From IMG/VR virus record IMGVR_UViG_3300042897_000994, positions 96,938 to 160,937 of that record: a DNA stretch of 64,000 nucleotides; one strand, given 5' to 3'. This document shows positions 9,164 to 17,230 of this stretch, one piece after another. Below the pieces are notes generated by a model that saw nothing but the letters and a program-made list of their open reading frames with translations, ran no database searches and was not told where the DNA came from. Source of the DNA: a virus. Positions within the stretch are counted from its first letter, which is position 1. Every line of letters begins with the position of its first letter. The position numbers and the translations under genes are program-made.

Positions 9164-10651
9164 ATGCCACAAATTAAAAATCTAGACTCTTTCTTATCAG
9201 AAGGAGCTTCAGAACATAAGACAATATTAATTCTTACTGCAAGACCTAAGTCTTCTGATACCTCAGAAAGATTTGTCGAAGAGGCAAAGAAGAGAGGATT
9301 CAAAGCATATGTTGTAGATGTAAATTCAACTAAACTTGTTAAGATTGATGATAACAAGTTTAAAATAGAAAATACAGAAACAGGCAAAGGCCCAACGGTT
9401 AATAGATCAGAAACAGTAGTTCTCAGTAGAAGAGGAGTTCTCTCTAATACATTTACAAAAAATTTAGCGTATAGTTTAGAAAAAGCTAAATTTTTCTGCG
9501 TGAATAACATTCAATCTATGGAAACCTGCGAAAATAAGTATCTTGCAGGGGCACAGTTAGAAGCTGCGGGTATTCCAGTTCCTAAGACTGCGCTTCTACC
9601 AAATGATGAAAGCATAGATGAAGCTATCAAAAAGGTTGGAAGCAAATTTCCAGTTGTTGTAAAACTTCTTTCTGGCACTCAAGGTGTTGGAGTTTCGATA
9701 GTAGATTCTTATGCCTCTCTAAAATCAGTGTATCAGACTTTAAAGAAACTGGACAAGGGAGCAGAAATCCTGATTCAGGAAATGATTCCTTCTGATTATG
9801 ATATCAGAATACACGTTTTAAATAGAAGTTTTGATCCAGAAGATGATTCACCAGAGTCTTCTCAAATTATAGGAGCAATGAGGAGAAATAGAGTAAAGAA
9901 AGACTTTAGAACTAATTTTTCTCTTGGTGCAACAACACAAAAAATTAAACTAACTCCAGAGATCGAAGAAATTGCCAAAAAAGCAGCTAAAATCGTAGGA
10001 TGTGTTTGGTGTGGTGTAGATATTATCATCGACAAAAAGACAGGAAAGCCTTATGTTCTTGAAGTAAACTCTTCACCTGGAACGAAAGGTATCGAAAAAA
10101 CAACTGGAATTTCTGTGACTGGAAAAGTTCTTGATTTTCTTCAAGACCAAGGAAATTGGATGATGGACAGATTTGAAACAGGTTTTAGAGAAATTATCGA
10201 TATTCATGGAGTAGGAAAATTTGTAGCTAAATTCGATACCGGAAACGGTTCTAAGAGTAGTTCGATGCATGTCGATTCTTACGAAATAGAAGGAGATACT
10301 TTAATTTGGAAATTGAAAGGTAAAACTTATAAGAATCAGATCATAGGATATTCAAAAGCTGAAGTTGGAAAGCATACATTCAAAAGACCTATTATGCTTA
10401 TCGATATCAGTGTAGGTGGTAAAGTTCTTAGAGATGTTGAAGTAAGTCCAGTCGATAGATCAGGTAAAAGCACTCCTTTTCTTGCAAATAGAAAATTTAT
10501 GGAAAGAGCTGGTATCATGGTAAATCCTGATAGAGAATTCTATATTACTAACATTTCTTCAGTAGATAAAAACTTTAATGCAGTCGATGCTAAAGGAGAC
10601 AAACATGCTGGTATATCTGTAGACAATGATGTGGAGGACGAAGATGAATAA
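9164..10651 (+). CDS. RimK-family ATP-grasp ligase fused to a C-terminal RimB/retropepsin-like protease
   Basis: NK...IPVPKT, PVVVK..GTQGVGV, IQE, DIR, FRTNFSLG, GVDII, LEVNSSPG; C-terminal AKFDTGN...RP...DRS...FLANR. Confidence 0.85.
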   Translation: MPQIKNLDSFLSEGASEHKTILILTARPKSSDTSERFVEEAKKRGFKAYVVDVNSTKLVKIDDNKFKIENTETGKGPTVNRSETVVLSRRGVLSNTFTKNLAYSLEKAKFFCVNNIQSMETCENKYLAGAQLEAAGIPVPKTALLPNDESIDEAIKKVGSKFPVVVKLLSGTQGVGVSIVDSYASLKSVYQTLKKLDKGAEILIQEMIPSDYDIRIHVLNRSFDPEDDSPESSQIIGAMRRNRVKKDFRTNFSLGATTQKIKLTPEIEEIAKKAAKIVGCVWCGVDIIIDKKTGKPYVLEVNSSPGTKGIEKTTGISVTGKVLDFLQDQGNWMMDRFETGFREIIDIHGVGKFVAKFDTGNGSKSSSMHVDSYEIEGDTLIWKLKGKTYKNQIIGYSKAEVGKHTFKRPIMLIDISVGGKVLRDVEVSPVDRSGKSTPFLANRKFMERAGIMVNPDREFYITNISSVDKNFNAVDAKGDKHAGISVDNDVEDEDE

Positions 10652-11615
10652 GATTAAGCTGTTCGAAGAATTTATTCGAGAAGAAAAAAGTCCTAGAATT
10701 CTAGTCTTGAATTTTATGGTTGATAGTGTTTCTGCTGAAGGAACAGAAAAGAAATATGCAGACGGTTACAGAAGAGCAAATAATATTTTGGCTAGTAAGC
10801 TGAAAGAAAAGGGATTTACACCAGTTAACGCAGAGTATTCTGATCTCGTTTTTTCGAACTCGGATCTATTCGTAAACGAAGAGTCTCTATCTTCATTCGA
10901 CTTTGTATTTTTAGGCTTGATGGCCAAAAAAATGGAGTTAGCTAATATCGTAACCGATTATTTAAAAGATAAAAATATTCCTTATTTTTCCTATGGAACT
11001 CCTAGAGACAGGGGAAACAAGCTTGAAGATATGTGGAATCTTTCAAGAGAAGGTCTCCCTTATATTCCAACTTTCGTTTCTGCTTCATTTGAAGAATCAT
11101 TAAACTATATGAAAAATAACAAATGGGATTTTCCAGTAGTTGTTAAAGATATGGATAGTGCAGGCGGAGCAGGAGTTAGTAAAGCCGATGATGAAAAAGA
11201 ACTAAAAAAGCTTTTCGGCATTTCTGATGAAAAACACCAAGGAAACTTTGAAAGCTTTAAAATGATCCAAAAGTTTATTCCAAACGATGGAGATTATAGA
11301 GTTCTTATTTTTGATGGGAAGATTATAGCTATCGCAAAGCGTTGGACTGAAGACAAAAAGGAGTTCAGAAATAATATGTCTTTAGGCGGAAAGGGAAAGA
11401 TGGAAGACCTTCCCCAAAAAGAAAAAGATCTTGCACTAGCTGCAGCTCAAACCACCAGAAAACAGATGGCTGGTGTAGATTTAATACAGTCGAAAGATGA
11501 TAAAAAATGGTACATAATGGAAGTGAACAGCTCTCCACAGTATCACTATTTTTCTGAAATTCAGGACTTAGATTTTCCTCAATTACTTGCGGATTATATA
11601 GAAGACAAACTATGA
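10644..11615 (+). CDS. Second RimK-family ATP-grasp ligase; start probably ATG 10644
   Basis: FPVVVK..SAGGAGV, IQKFIP..GDYRV, FRNNMSLGG, AGVDLI, MEVNSSP. Confidence 0.85.
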   Translation: MNKIKLFEEFIREEKSPRILVLNFMVDSVSAEGTEKKYADGYRRANNILASKLKEKGFTPVNAEYSDLVFSNSDLFVNEESLSSFDFVFLGLMAKKMELANIVTDYLKDKNIPYFSYGTPRDRGNKLEDMWNLSREGLPYIPTFVSASFEESLNYMKNNKWDFPVVVKDMDSAGGAGVSKADDEKELKKLFGISDEKHQGNFESFKMIQKFIPNDGDYRVLIFDGKIIAIAKRWTEDKKEFRNNMSLGGKGKMEDLPQKEKDLALAAAQTTRKQMAGVDLIQSKDDKKWYIMEVNSSPQYHYFSEIQDLDFPQLLADYIEDKL

Positions 11616-11746
11616 CAAGTTGGAATATTACAATTCTAAAGGAAACTTCAGAAGGTTTTTTGTGCATGTCGCCGAATGGCGATACTCACTGGATGACTAG
11701 AAATGATTATGAAATCTATCTAGAGAACAGAAAGGAAAAATGTTGA
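11612..11746 (+). CDS. Small hypothetical protein (44 aa), not in the ORF track
   Basis: ATGA-coupled ORF MTSWNITILKETSEGFLCMSPNGDTHW...KEKC. Confidence 0.5.
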   Translation: MTSWNITILKETSEGFLCMSPNGDTHWMTRNDYEIYLENRKEKC

Positions 11747-11827
11747 AAATAGTTCAATCTAGACTTTTCATTCTCGTCCATTTTGATTATATTTTATTAT
11801 TAAACTTTATTACTACCTTAAATAAAT

Positions 11828-12358
11828 ATGTCGCAAACATACGTGACCTCGGATCATTTTATTGGAAGAACGAATATCCTAAAGATTAACAATAGGTCAT
11901 ATTCTTCTATAGAAGAAATGAACCAAGATTTTGTTAGACGTTGGAACTCTAAAGTTAAAAGCGAAGATACAGTTTATCATTTAGGAAATTTTATATGGGA
12001 TCCTCTTATAGGATCTGAGTATTTACAGTTACTAAATGGAAAGATAATCTTAATTCCAACTCAAAACGATAAAGCTTCAGTTGAACTATCTAGTATAGCT
12101 AAAAATCATCTTACATTAGCTAAAGATAAAATCGTAGAATTGCCTAAATATGGAATCGTAATGTCTCACTATCCACAAGAAGATTGGAATGGAAAGGATT
12201 CAGGGACTATACACCTACATGGCGGAAAATCAGAAATTAAAACAGATCTTACTCTTTCCAGAAGAGTAAATTGTTCTGTAGAACTTTGGGACTATTATCC
12301 GGTAGAAATAAACGCAATATTAGACTTTGTTAAAGAATTTGAAGAAAATAGAAAATGA
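11828..12358 (+). CDS. Calcineurin-like metallophosphoesterase (several motifs degenerate)
   Basis: TSDHF, YHLGNF, SHYP, HLHG; canonical GD and GNHD altered. Confidence 0.7.
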   Translation: MSQTYVTSDHFIGRTNILKINNRSYSSIEEMNQDFVRRWNSKVKSEDTVYHLGNFIWDPLIGSEYLQLLNGKIILIPTQNDKASVELSSIAKNHLTLAKDKIVELPKYGIVMSHYPQEDWNGKDSGTIHLHGGKSEIKTDLTLSRRVNCSVELWDYYPVEINAILDFVKEFEENRK

Positions 12359-13095
12359 ACGAAACCTACCGGCAACTGGCAATACATTTTAAGGAAACAA
12401 AAGACGAAAAGACATTCAACAAGCTCTATGCTCGTATCAAACCCGGTTTGACAAACTACATCTATAATATCGTTAAAGATAGAGAAGCTGCCAATGATAT
12501 CGTATCAGATACTCTAACTAAATTATACACCTTAATAGACACTTATAATCCCCAATATGAAGTTACAACTTGGCTCTATCGAATAGCTAAAAATGACGCA
12601 ATTCATTTCATTTATTATCGTAACTCTTTTACTTCTTTGAACGCTTTTGCAGATAAAGGATATGAAGCTATTGATAGTGATGATCTAAAAAGATTTGGGG
12701 GAAAATCTTTGAGTATAGACGAGTCTTATCAACAAACAAATGTAGAAAAAGAGCATCTAGAAAAAGAAGAAAATCTACAGAAAAAATATAATATTTGCGT
12801 AGATGCAATAAACTCTCTGAAGCCAAAATATCGCCAGATAATGATGGATCGTTTCTTTGGAAAAATGGCGTATCAAGATATTGAAGCAAAGATAAACAAT
12901 CCAATCTTTGAAAAAATCAAAGAGATAGAAGAAGATTCCAATTTAACTGAGGATGAGAGAAAATATGCTCTGAAGAAACTAAAATCTTCTCTTATAAATC
13001 TTCAAACTGTTAAAAATAGAATACATAGAGGGAGGAAGATTATCCAAGAAATTCTAGGCAATCATCCTATCTTCTGTGTGCGCGAAGATATATAA
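12355..13095 (+). CDS. ECF-type sigma-70 family factor
   Basis: Region 2 (AANDIVSDT...YNP...TTWLYRIAKN); region 4 (L.PKYR...TVKNRIHRGRK). Confidence 0.8.
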   Translation: MNETYRQLAIHFKETKDEKTFNKLYARIKPGLTNYIYNIVKDREAANDIVSDTLTKLYTLIDTYNPQYEVTTWLYRIAKNDAIHFIYYRNSFTSLNAFADKGYEAIDSDDLKRFGGKSLSIDESYQQTNVEKEHLEKEENLQKKYNICVDAINSLKPKYRQIMMDRFFGKMAYQDIEAKINNPIFEKIKEIEEDSNLTEDERKYALKKLKSSLINLQTVKNRIHRGRKIIQEILGNHPIFCVREDI

Positions 13096-13109
13096 AAAAA
13101 ATAAAAATT

Positions 13110-13580
13110 ATGCTCAAGAAGTTTCAAGAATACATTAAAGAAGGTGATTCAGGTGAAGCTCCTCACTATATGTTCTTTGGAAATCTTAAAACGATTCAGA
13201 AAGACGTAAATATGCTTTTATCTCTCCCAGAAGATCAAGTTGCCGCAATATTAGCGAACGGTCATGATTGGGCATCTGATCATATTGCCACATCTAAAGA
13301 TGACATTGAAGAAGTTACTAATTTTTTTTCCGGCGAATTTTCACCAATGATAGGTGAAGGTTTCATAGAAGGTGCTTTAACCGCCGCATTCGAAGACTAC
13401 ACTAAATCTATAAGCAAATTTACAGATCTTCAAAAGACTTTTATCACAATGTCTAAAGACAGAGTAACTGAAAGACAAAAAGTTAAAAATCAGTTGATAG
13501 AAGCTCTAAGAGATTTAAGAGCTAAAGAATCTTATTATAAAGAAGTTCTGCAAGAAGACGCAGACTTCTTTGAGATGTAA
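13110..13580 (+). CDS. Hypothetical, probable capsid-internal protein
   Basis: N-terminal KKFQEYIKE; GATATATA at 13087. Confidence 0.55.
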   Translation: MLKKFQEYIKEGDSGEAPHYMFFGNLKTIQKDVNMLLSLPEDQVAAILANGHDWASDHIATSKDDIEEVTNFFSGEFSPMIGEGFIEGALTAAFEDYTKSISKFTDLQKTFITMSKDRVTERQKVKNQLIEALRDLRAKESYYKEVLQEDADFFEM

Positions 13581-13616
13581 ACTTTATGCTCTTTCTTTCT
13601 ATAAAAAAGAAAGGTT

Positions 13617-14027
13617 ATGTACTGGATAAATTTCTTTAAAGAAATCTCGATATGGAGAATGGTTCGAAGAATCGCTCGCAGAAATCAAAATCTCCTCGAA
13701 GAGAATAATTTAAGAGTCGATTGGGTTGGTAGAATGTACACGGTAGTAAATCTGCCTGATGAGATTATCGAAAATCCCTATTTAGAACAGACTTATGTAA
13801 TTTCTCAATTGAGAGAGTATGACAAAATGTTAATATCCCTAGGATTAGCTGATGTTGTTTATCCTGAATTTTCAAAAATTGAAGGGGAAGCTGCCTATTT
13901 ACTTGTTCTTTATCCCGAATCAGATTATTTAAACTGGTCAAGATTCATCTTTAATCTTCTTATCACTGGATCTGTAATTACTTGTCTCTATTTTTTCTGG
14001 ACTCTCTATCTTTCTAAATATATTTAA
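13617..14027 (+). CDS. Hypothetical membrane-anchored protein
   Basis: C-terminal hydrophobic helix; AAAC-N17-TATAAA promoter at 13579. Confidence 0.6.
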   Translation: MYWINFFKEISIWRMVRRIARRNQNLLEENNLRVDWVGRMYTVVNLPDEIIENPYLEQTYVISQLREYDKMLISLGLADVVYPEFSKIEGEAAYLLVLYPESDYLNWSRFIFNLLITGSVITCLYFFWTLYLSKYI

Positions 14028-14779
14028 TGGGAAAGACCGTAAGTATTAACAACAAGAGATATTATGTTGTTGACGAAAACAATCTAATCTATTTACCTTC
14101 AGTAACTACTATTATAGGTTCAATGACTGATAAAACCGGTCTTGAACAATGGAGAAAAAGAATAGGAGAAGAAGAAGCAGACAAAATTTCAAAATTTAGT
14201 GCCAATCGAGGCACTCTAATGCATACGTATATAGAAAATTTTTTAACATCTGAAAAAGAAGAAAAGAGAGATAAACTGTTAGATTCTTTAGAAGTTACTA
14301 CTACATATGCAAGAAGAAATAATTTTACTGAAGATGAAATAAAAGTCGGTAGAATGCTTTTTTTCAATTTTTATAACGGAGGTCATTTCGATGTCATTAA
14401 AAGAGTAGTAATGCACGAAGAAATGTTATTCTCGCTTAACGGCGGAGGATATGCAGGTAGAGTAGATGATATTTACGAATCTTTGGATTCAAGTATAGTC
14501 ATAGCAGATTATAAGACAAGTAAAAAACCAAAGAAAGAAGAGTGGATAGAAGGATATAAAATGCAAATCAGTGCATATTTTGTAGCTTATTGGGAAATGT
14601 TTGGAATTAAACCCCAAAGAGCAGAAATTTGGATCAGTAATGAACAAGATCATTTTCCACAAATCTTTACAATGGATCAATCGGCTATTAAAGAATACTA
14701 TACAAAATTCATCGAATTAGTAAAAGGCTTTCATTCTAAATTTCCTGTCGAGGTTTCCGAATATATAAATAACAAATAA
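14027..14779 (+). CDS. PD-(D/E)XK exonuclease (Cas4-like/T4-like phage exonuclease)
   Basis: PSVTTI, WRKRIG, RGTLMH, YAGRVD, DYKTS, Q.SAY. Confidence 0.85.
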   Translation: MGKTVSINNKRYYVVDENNLIYLPSVTTIIGSMTDKTGLEQWRKRIGEEEADKISKFSANRGTLMHTYIENFLTSEKEEKRDKLLDSLEVTTTYARRNNFTEDEIKVGRMLFFNFYNGGHFDVIKRVVMHEEMLFSLNGGGYAGRVDDIYESLDSSIVIADYKTSKKPKKEEWIEGYKMQISAYFVAYWEMFGIKPQRAEIWISNEQDHFPQIFTMDQSAIKEYYTKFIELVKGFHSKFPVEVSEYINNK

Positions 14780-14791
14780 AAAAAATTTGTA

Positions 14792-15295
14792 ATGTCCGAA
14801 ATCAACGAGAACGAACAAGAACTTCTTAATACTTTTATGAAGAAGAAGTCTGCAGGCGAAGAACCACCAGTAGACAAAAATGCGGAAGAGATGATTTCCC
14901 GTTGGGACAAGAAAAAACAGGGAACTTGCCCACGTTGCGGCAATAAAGTAAAATATTGTTCTTGCCCAGAAGATGACTACTATAGCACAGTAAATGCATA
15001 CAGAATACCAAACACTAAAAAGGTAGAAGTAGAAGAAAACTACGTTAAAACCTTTGAACAGTTTGTAGATGATGGATCATCAAGGCTAGATTCTTACCCC
15101 AAGTCTGTTGCTCAAGTGAACGCTTTTTTAAAGAGTAAAAATGTAGAAGAAATATTGAATAGAGGTAAAGGCTATTTTTACTTTTCTAAAGGTAGATCAT
15201 ATGACTGGCCGTCAACATCGGTTTATGTTTATGGGATAAATGACATGACATTTGAAGAATGGTATGACGAATATAAAAAACTATCTAATTTTTAA
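14792..15295 (+). CDS. Hypothetical protein with Zn-finger-like Cys cluster
   Basis: CPRCG...CSC; internal VKTFEQF motif; TATAAATA at 14764. Confidence 0.6.
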   Translation: MSEINENEQELLNTFMKKKSAGEEPPVDKNAEEMISRWDKKKQGTCPRCGNKVKYCSCPEDDYYSTVNAYRIPNTKKVEVEENYVKTFEQFVDDGSSRLDSYPKSVAQVNAFLKSKNVEEILNRGKGYFYFSKGRSYDWPSTSVYVYGINDMTFEEWYDEYKKLSNF

Positions 15296-15298
15296 ACT

Positions 15299-15598
15299 AT
15301 GAATAAAATAGAAAATTTTCTAAACAAACACTTTCAAAAACTCGTAGCTGTTTTTTTGATTTTGATTTTTGTTCAAACATGCGGAGATGATGCTAAGCCT
15401 CTTCGTAAAAGAGTGGAAACTCTATCAGCTAAAATTGATTCTCTAGATCAAAAAGCTATCAGTAAAAAGGATCTTCAAATTGAAGGTTTAAAGGTTGAAA
15501 AAAGACTTATTCAAGCTACTGATAGAAAGTTGATGGACGTAAACAGACAATTTGAAATAGAAAAAGAGATCGAATCTCTACAGAAAAATAAAAAATAA
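15299..15598 (+). CDS. Membrane/lipoprotein-like coiled-coil protein
   Basis: Hydrophobic segment ending VQTCG, then coiled coil. Confidence 0.55.
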   Translation: MNKIENFLNKHFQKLVAVFLILIFVQTCGDDAKPLRKRVETLSAKIDSLDQKAISKKDLQIEGLKVEKRLIQATDRKLMDVNRQFEIEKEIESLQKNKK

Positions 15599-15599
15599 A

Positions 15600-16157
15600 A
15601 TGGCGACTATTGCTTCACTTTTAAAATCTGCAACCGGATGTGCTGCACCTTCAATGTGCGGAAAATACGGAGCGTTTGTAGATTGCATAGTGGACATAGT
15701 GCAGGGAGAATCTCCCTGCTTTTCTATTCAAATTTACGACGCAAATCTAGAAAGAGCTAATTTAGCAAACTTTGATCTAATTCAAGTTGTTGTAACTGAT
15801 ATTGGTGGAAATACAGTAGGGATTTTTTCAGATCCTAGATTGATAGGATCTGAATTAGATCAGCCCCTCACTGTAGATGATGTAGATGGAATCTTAAGTT
15901 TTTGTATTCCTGGGAGTTTAACTCTGTATGCAATGACTGGTAAATTATTAGCAGACATTAGGTTAACTTCACTAGATTCTGCTGGGAATTCTGATAATGT
16001 TTACATCACATGTCTTTGGATTGGAAACATTAAAGCTACTAGATTTAATAATATGTCTTCTAGTACTTCCTCTGGATCATCTGGTTCTGCTGGAACTAGT
16101 GGAATAGCTCCTGATTATCACGGAACAAGTGGTAATACCATAACAATACCAACATAA
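15600..16157 (+). CDS. Probable virion structural protein (beta-rich, Ser/Gly tail)
   Basis: Beta-strand pattern; ends SSGSSGSAGTSG...TITIPT. Confidence 0.5.
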   Translation: MATIASLLKSATGCAAPSMCGKYGAFVDCIVDIVQGESPCFSIQIYDANLERANLANFDLIQVVVTDIGGNTVGIFSDPRLIGSELDQPLTVDDVDGILSFCIPGSLTLYAMTGKLLADIRLTSLDSAGNSDNVYITCLWIGNIKATRFNNMSSSTSSGSSGSAGTSGIAPDYHGTSGNTITIPT

Positions 16158-16165
16158 GAAGAAAC

Positions 16166-17230
16166 ATGCCATATTCTGATATTTCGCTTATTACTGATTC
16201 ATATCTTTTATTTCAACCGCTTGATTTCATACAGTTGTCACATGATGAAAACAATTATATCATCGGAAGAGTTGTCAGCTATAATCCAAATACCGGAAAT
16301 CTTGTTTTTACTCCTATTCAGGTAAATGGATCGGGTACTTATAGTTCATGGACTGTAGCTCTGTCTGGTTCGCCAGGTTTGTCCGGTTCTTCTGGTCTTA
16401 GTGGTAGTTCAGGAACATCTGGTTCTTCAGGAACTTCAGGTTCTTCTGGTTCTTCAGGAACTTCAGGTTCTTCAGGATCTAGTGGTAGTTCAGGAACATC
16501 TGGTTCTTCAGGAACTTCAGGTTCTTCTGGTTCTTCAGGAACTTCAGGTTCTTCAGGATCTAGTGGAACTTCAGGTTCTTCGGGATCTTCAGGAACTTCA
16601 GGTTCTTCTGGTTCTTCAGGAACTTCAGGTTCTTCAGGATCTAGTGGAACTTCAGGTTCTTCGGGATCTTCCGGGACATCTGGTTCTTCAGGATCTAGTG
16701 GTTCATCAGGTTCATCAGGAACTAGCGGTACAGATGGTTCTAGCGGTTCTTCAGGAACAAGCGGTTCATCAGGTAGTTCAGGAAGCTCGGGTTCAAGTGG
16801 TTCTTCAGGTTCTTCAGGTTCATCTGGATCTTCAGGATCTTCAGGATCGTCTGGGACAAGTGGTACATCATTCAGTTCTCCATATTCAGGAAACATACAG
16901 ATCAACGGACAAGCTTGGGTAACGGCTGATGCTAACGGTAACACCTCGGCAAGCACCACTGTCAATTGGAATGATAGTAATATACAGACATTTACATTAA
17001 ACGCAGCAACTACAACATTTACTTTCAGTAACCCAAATGCTGGTGCCACATATATTCTTATTATAAGACAAAACGCAGAAGGATCTTATACGATTACATG
17101 GCCTGTAACCGTGGCTTGGGCTGGTGCATCTACGCCTACTATGACAGCAACAGCCAGCAGATACGATGTTTACACTTTTGTTTATGATGGATCTAAGTAC
17201 TTTGGATCATATGTACAAAACTTTACATAA
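16166..17230 (+). CDS. Gly-Ser/Thr repeat fiber-like virion protein
   Basis: (SGSSGT)n central region; C-terminal TYILIIRQ...ITWP...W.G...YDVYTF domain typical of fiber ends. Confidence 0.75.
   Translation: MPYSDISLITDSYLLFQPLDFIQLSHDENNYIIGRVVSYNPNTGNLVFTPIQVNGSGTYSSWTVALSGSPGLSGSSGLSGSSGTSGSSGTSGSSGSSGTSGSSGSSGSSGTSGSSGTSGSSGSSGTSGSSGSSGTSGSSGSSGTSGSSGSSGTSGSSGSSGTSGSSGSSGTSGSSGSSGSSGSSGTSGTDGSSGSSGTSGSSGSSGSSGSSGSSGSSGSSGSSGSSGSSGTSGTSFSSPYSGNIQINGQAWVTADANGNTSASTTVNWNDSNIQTFTLNAATTTFTFSNPNAGATYILIIRQNAEGSYTITWPVTVAWAGASTPTMTATASRYDVYTFVYDGSKYFGSYVQNFT
16399..16868 (+). repeat. Coding tandem repeat with 9-bp units and an 81-bp higher-order period
   Basis: TAGTGG-initiated units at 16399, 16480, 16561, 16642. 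Confidence 0.9.

Noticed and set aside
14027-14779. Cas4-like nuclease as part of a CRISPR system
   Set aside because: No array or other cas genes; common stand-alone phage exonuclease
16399-16868. Repeat array as a possible CRISPR
   Set aside because: No unique spacers; 9-bp in-frame coding periodicity
16339-17049. Long minus-strand Pro/Glu-rich ORF and the alternative-frame ORF 16401-16922
   Set aside because: Shadows of the stop-free Gly/Ser repeat
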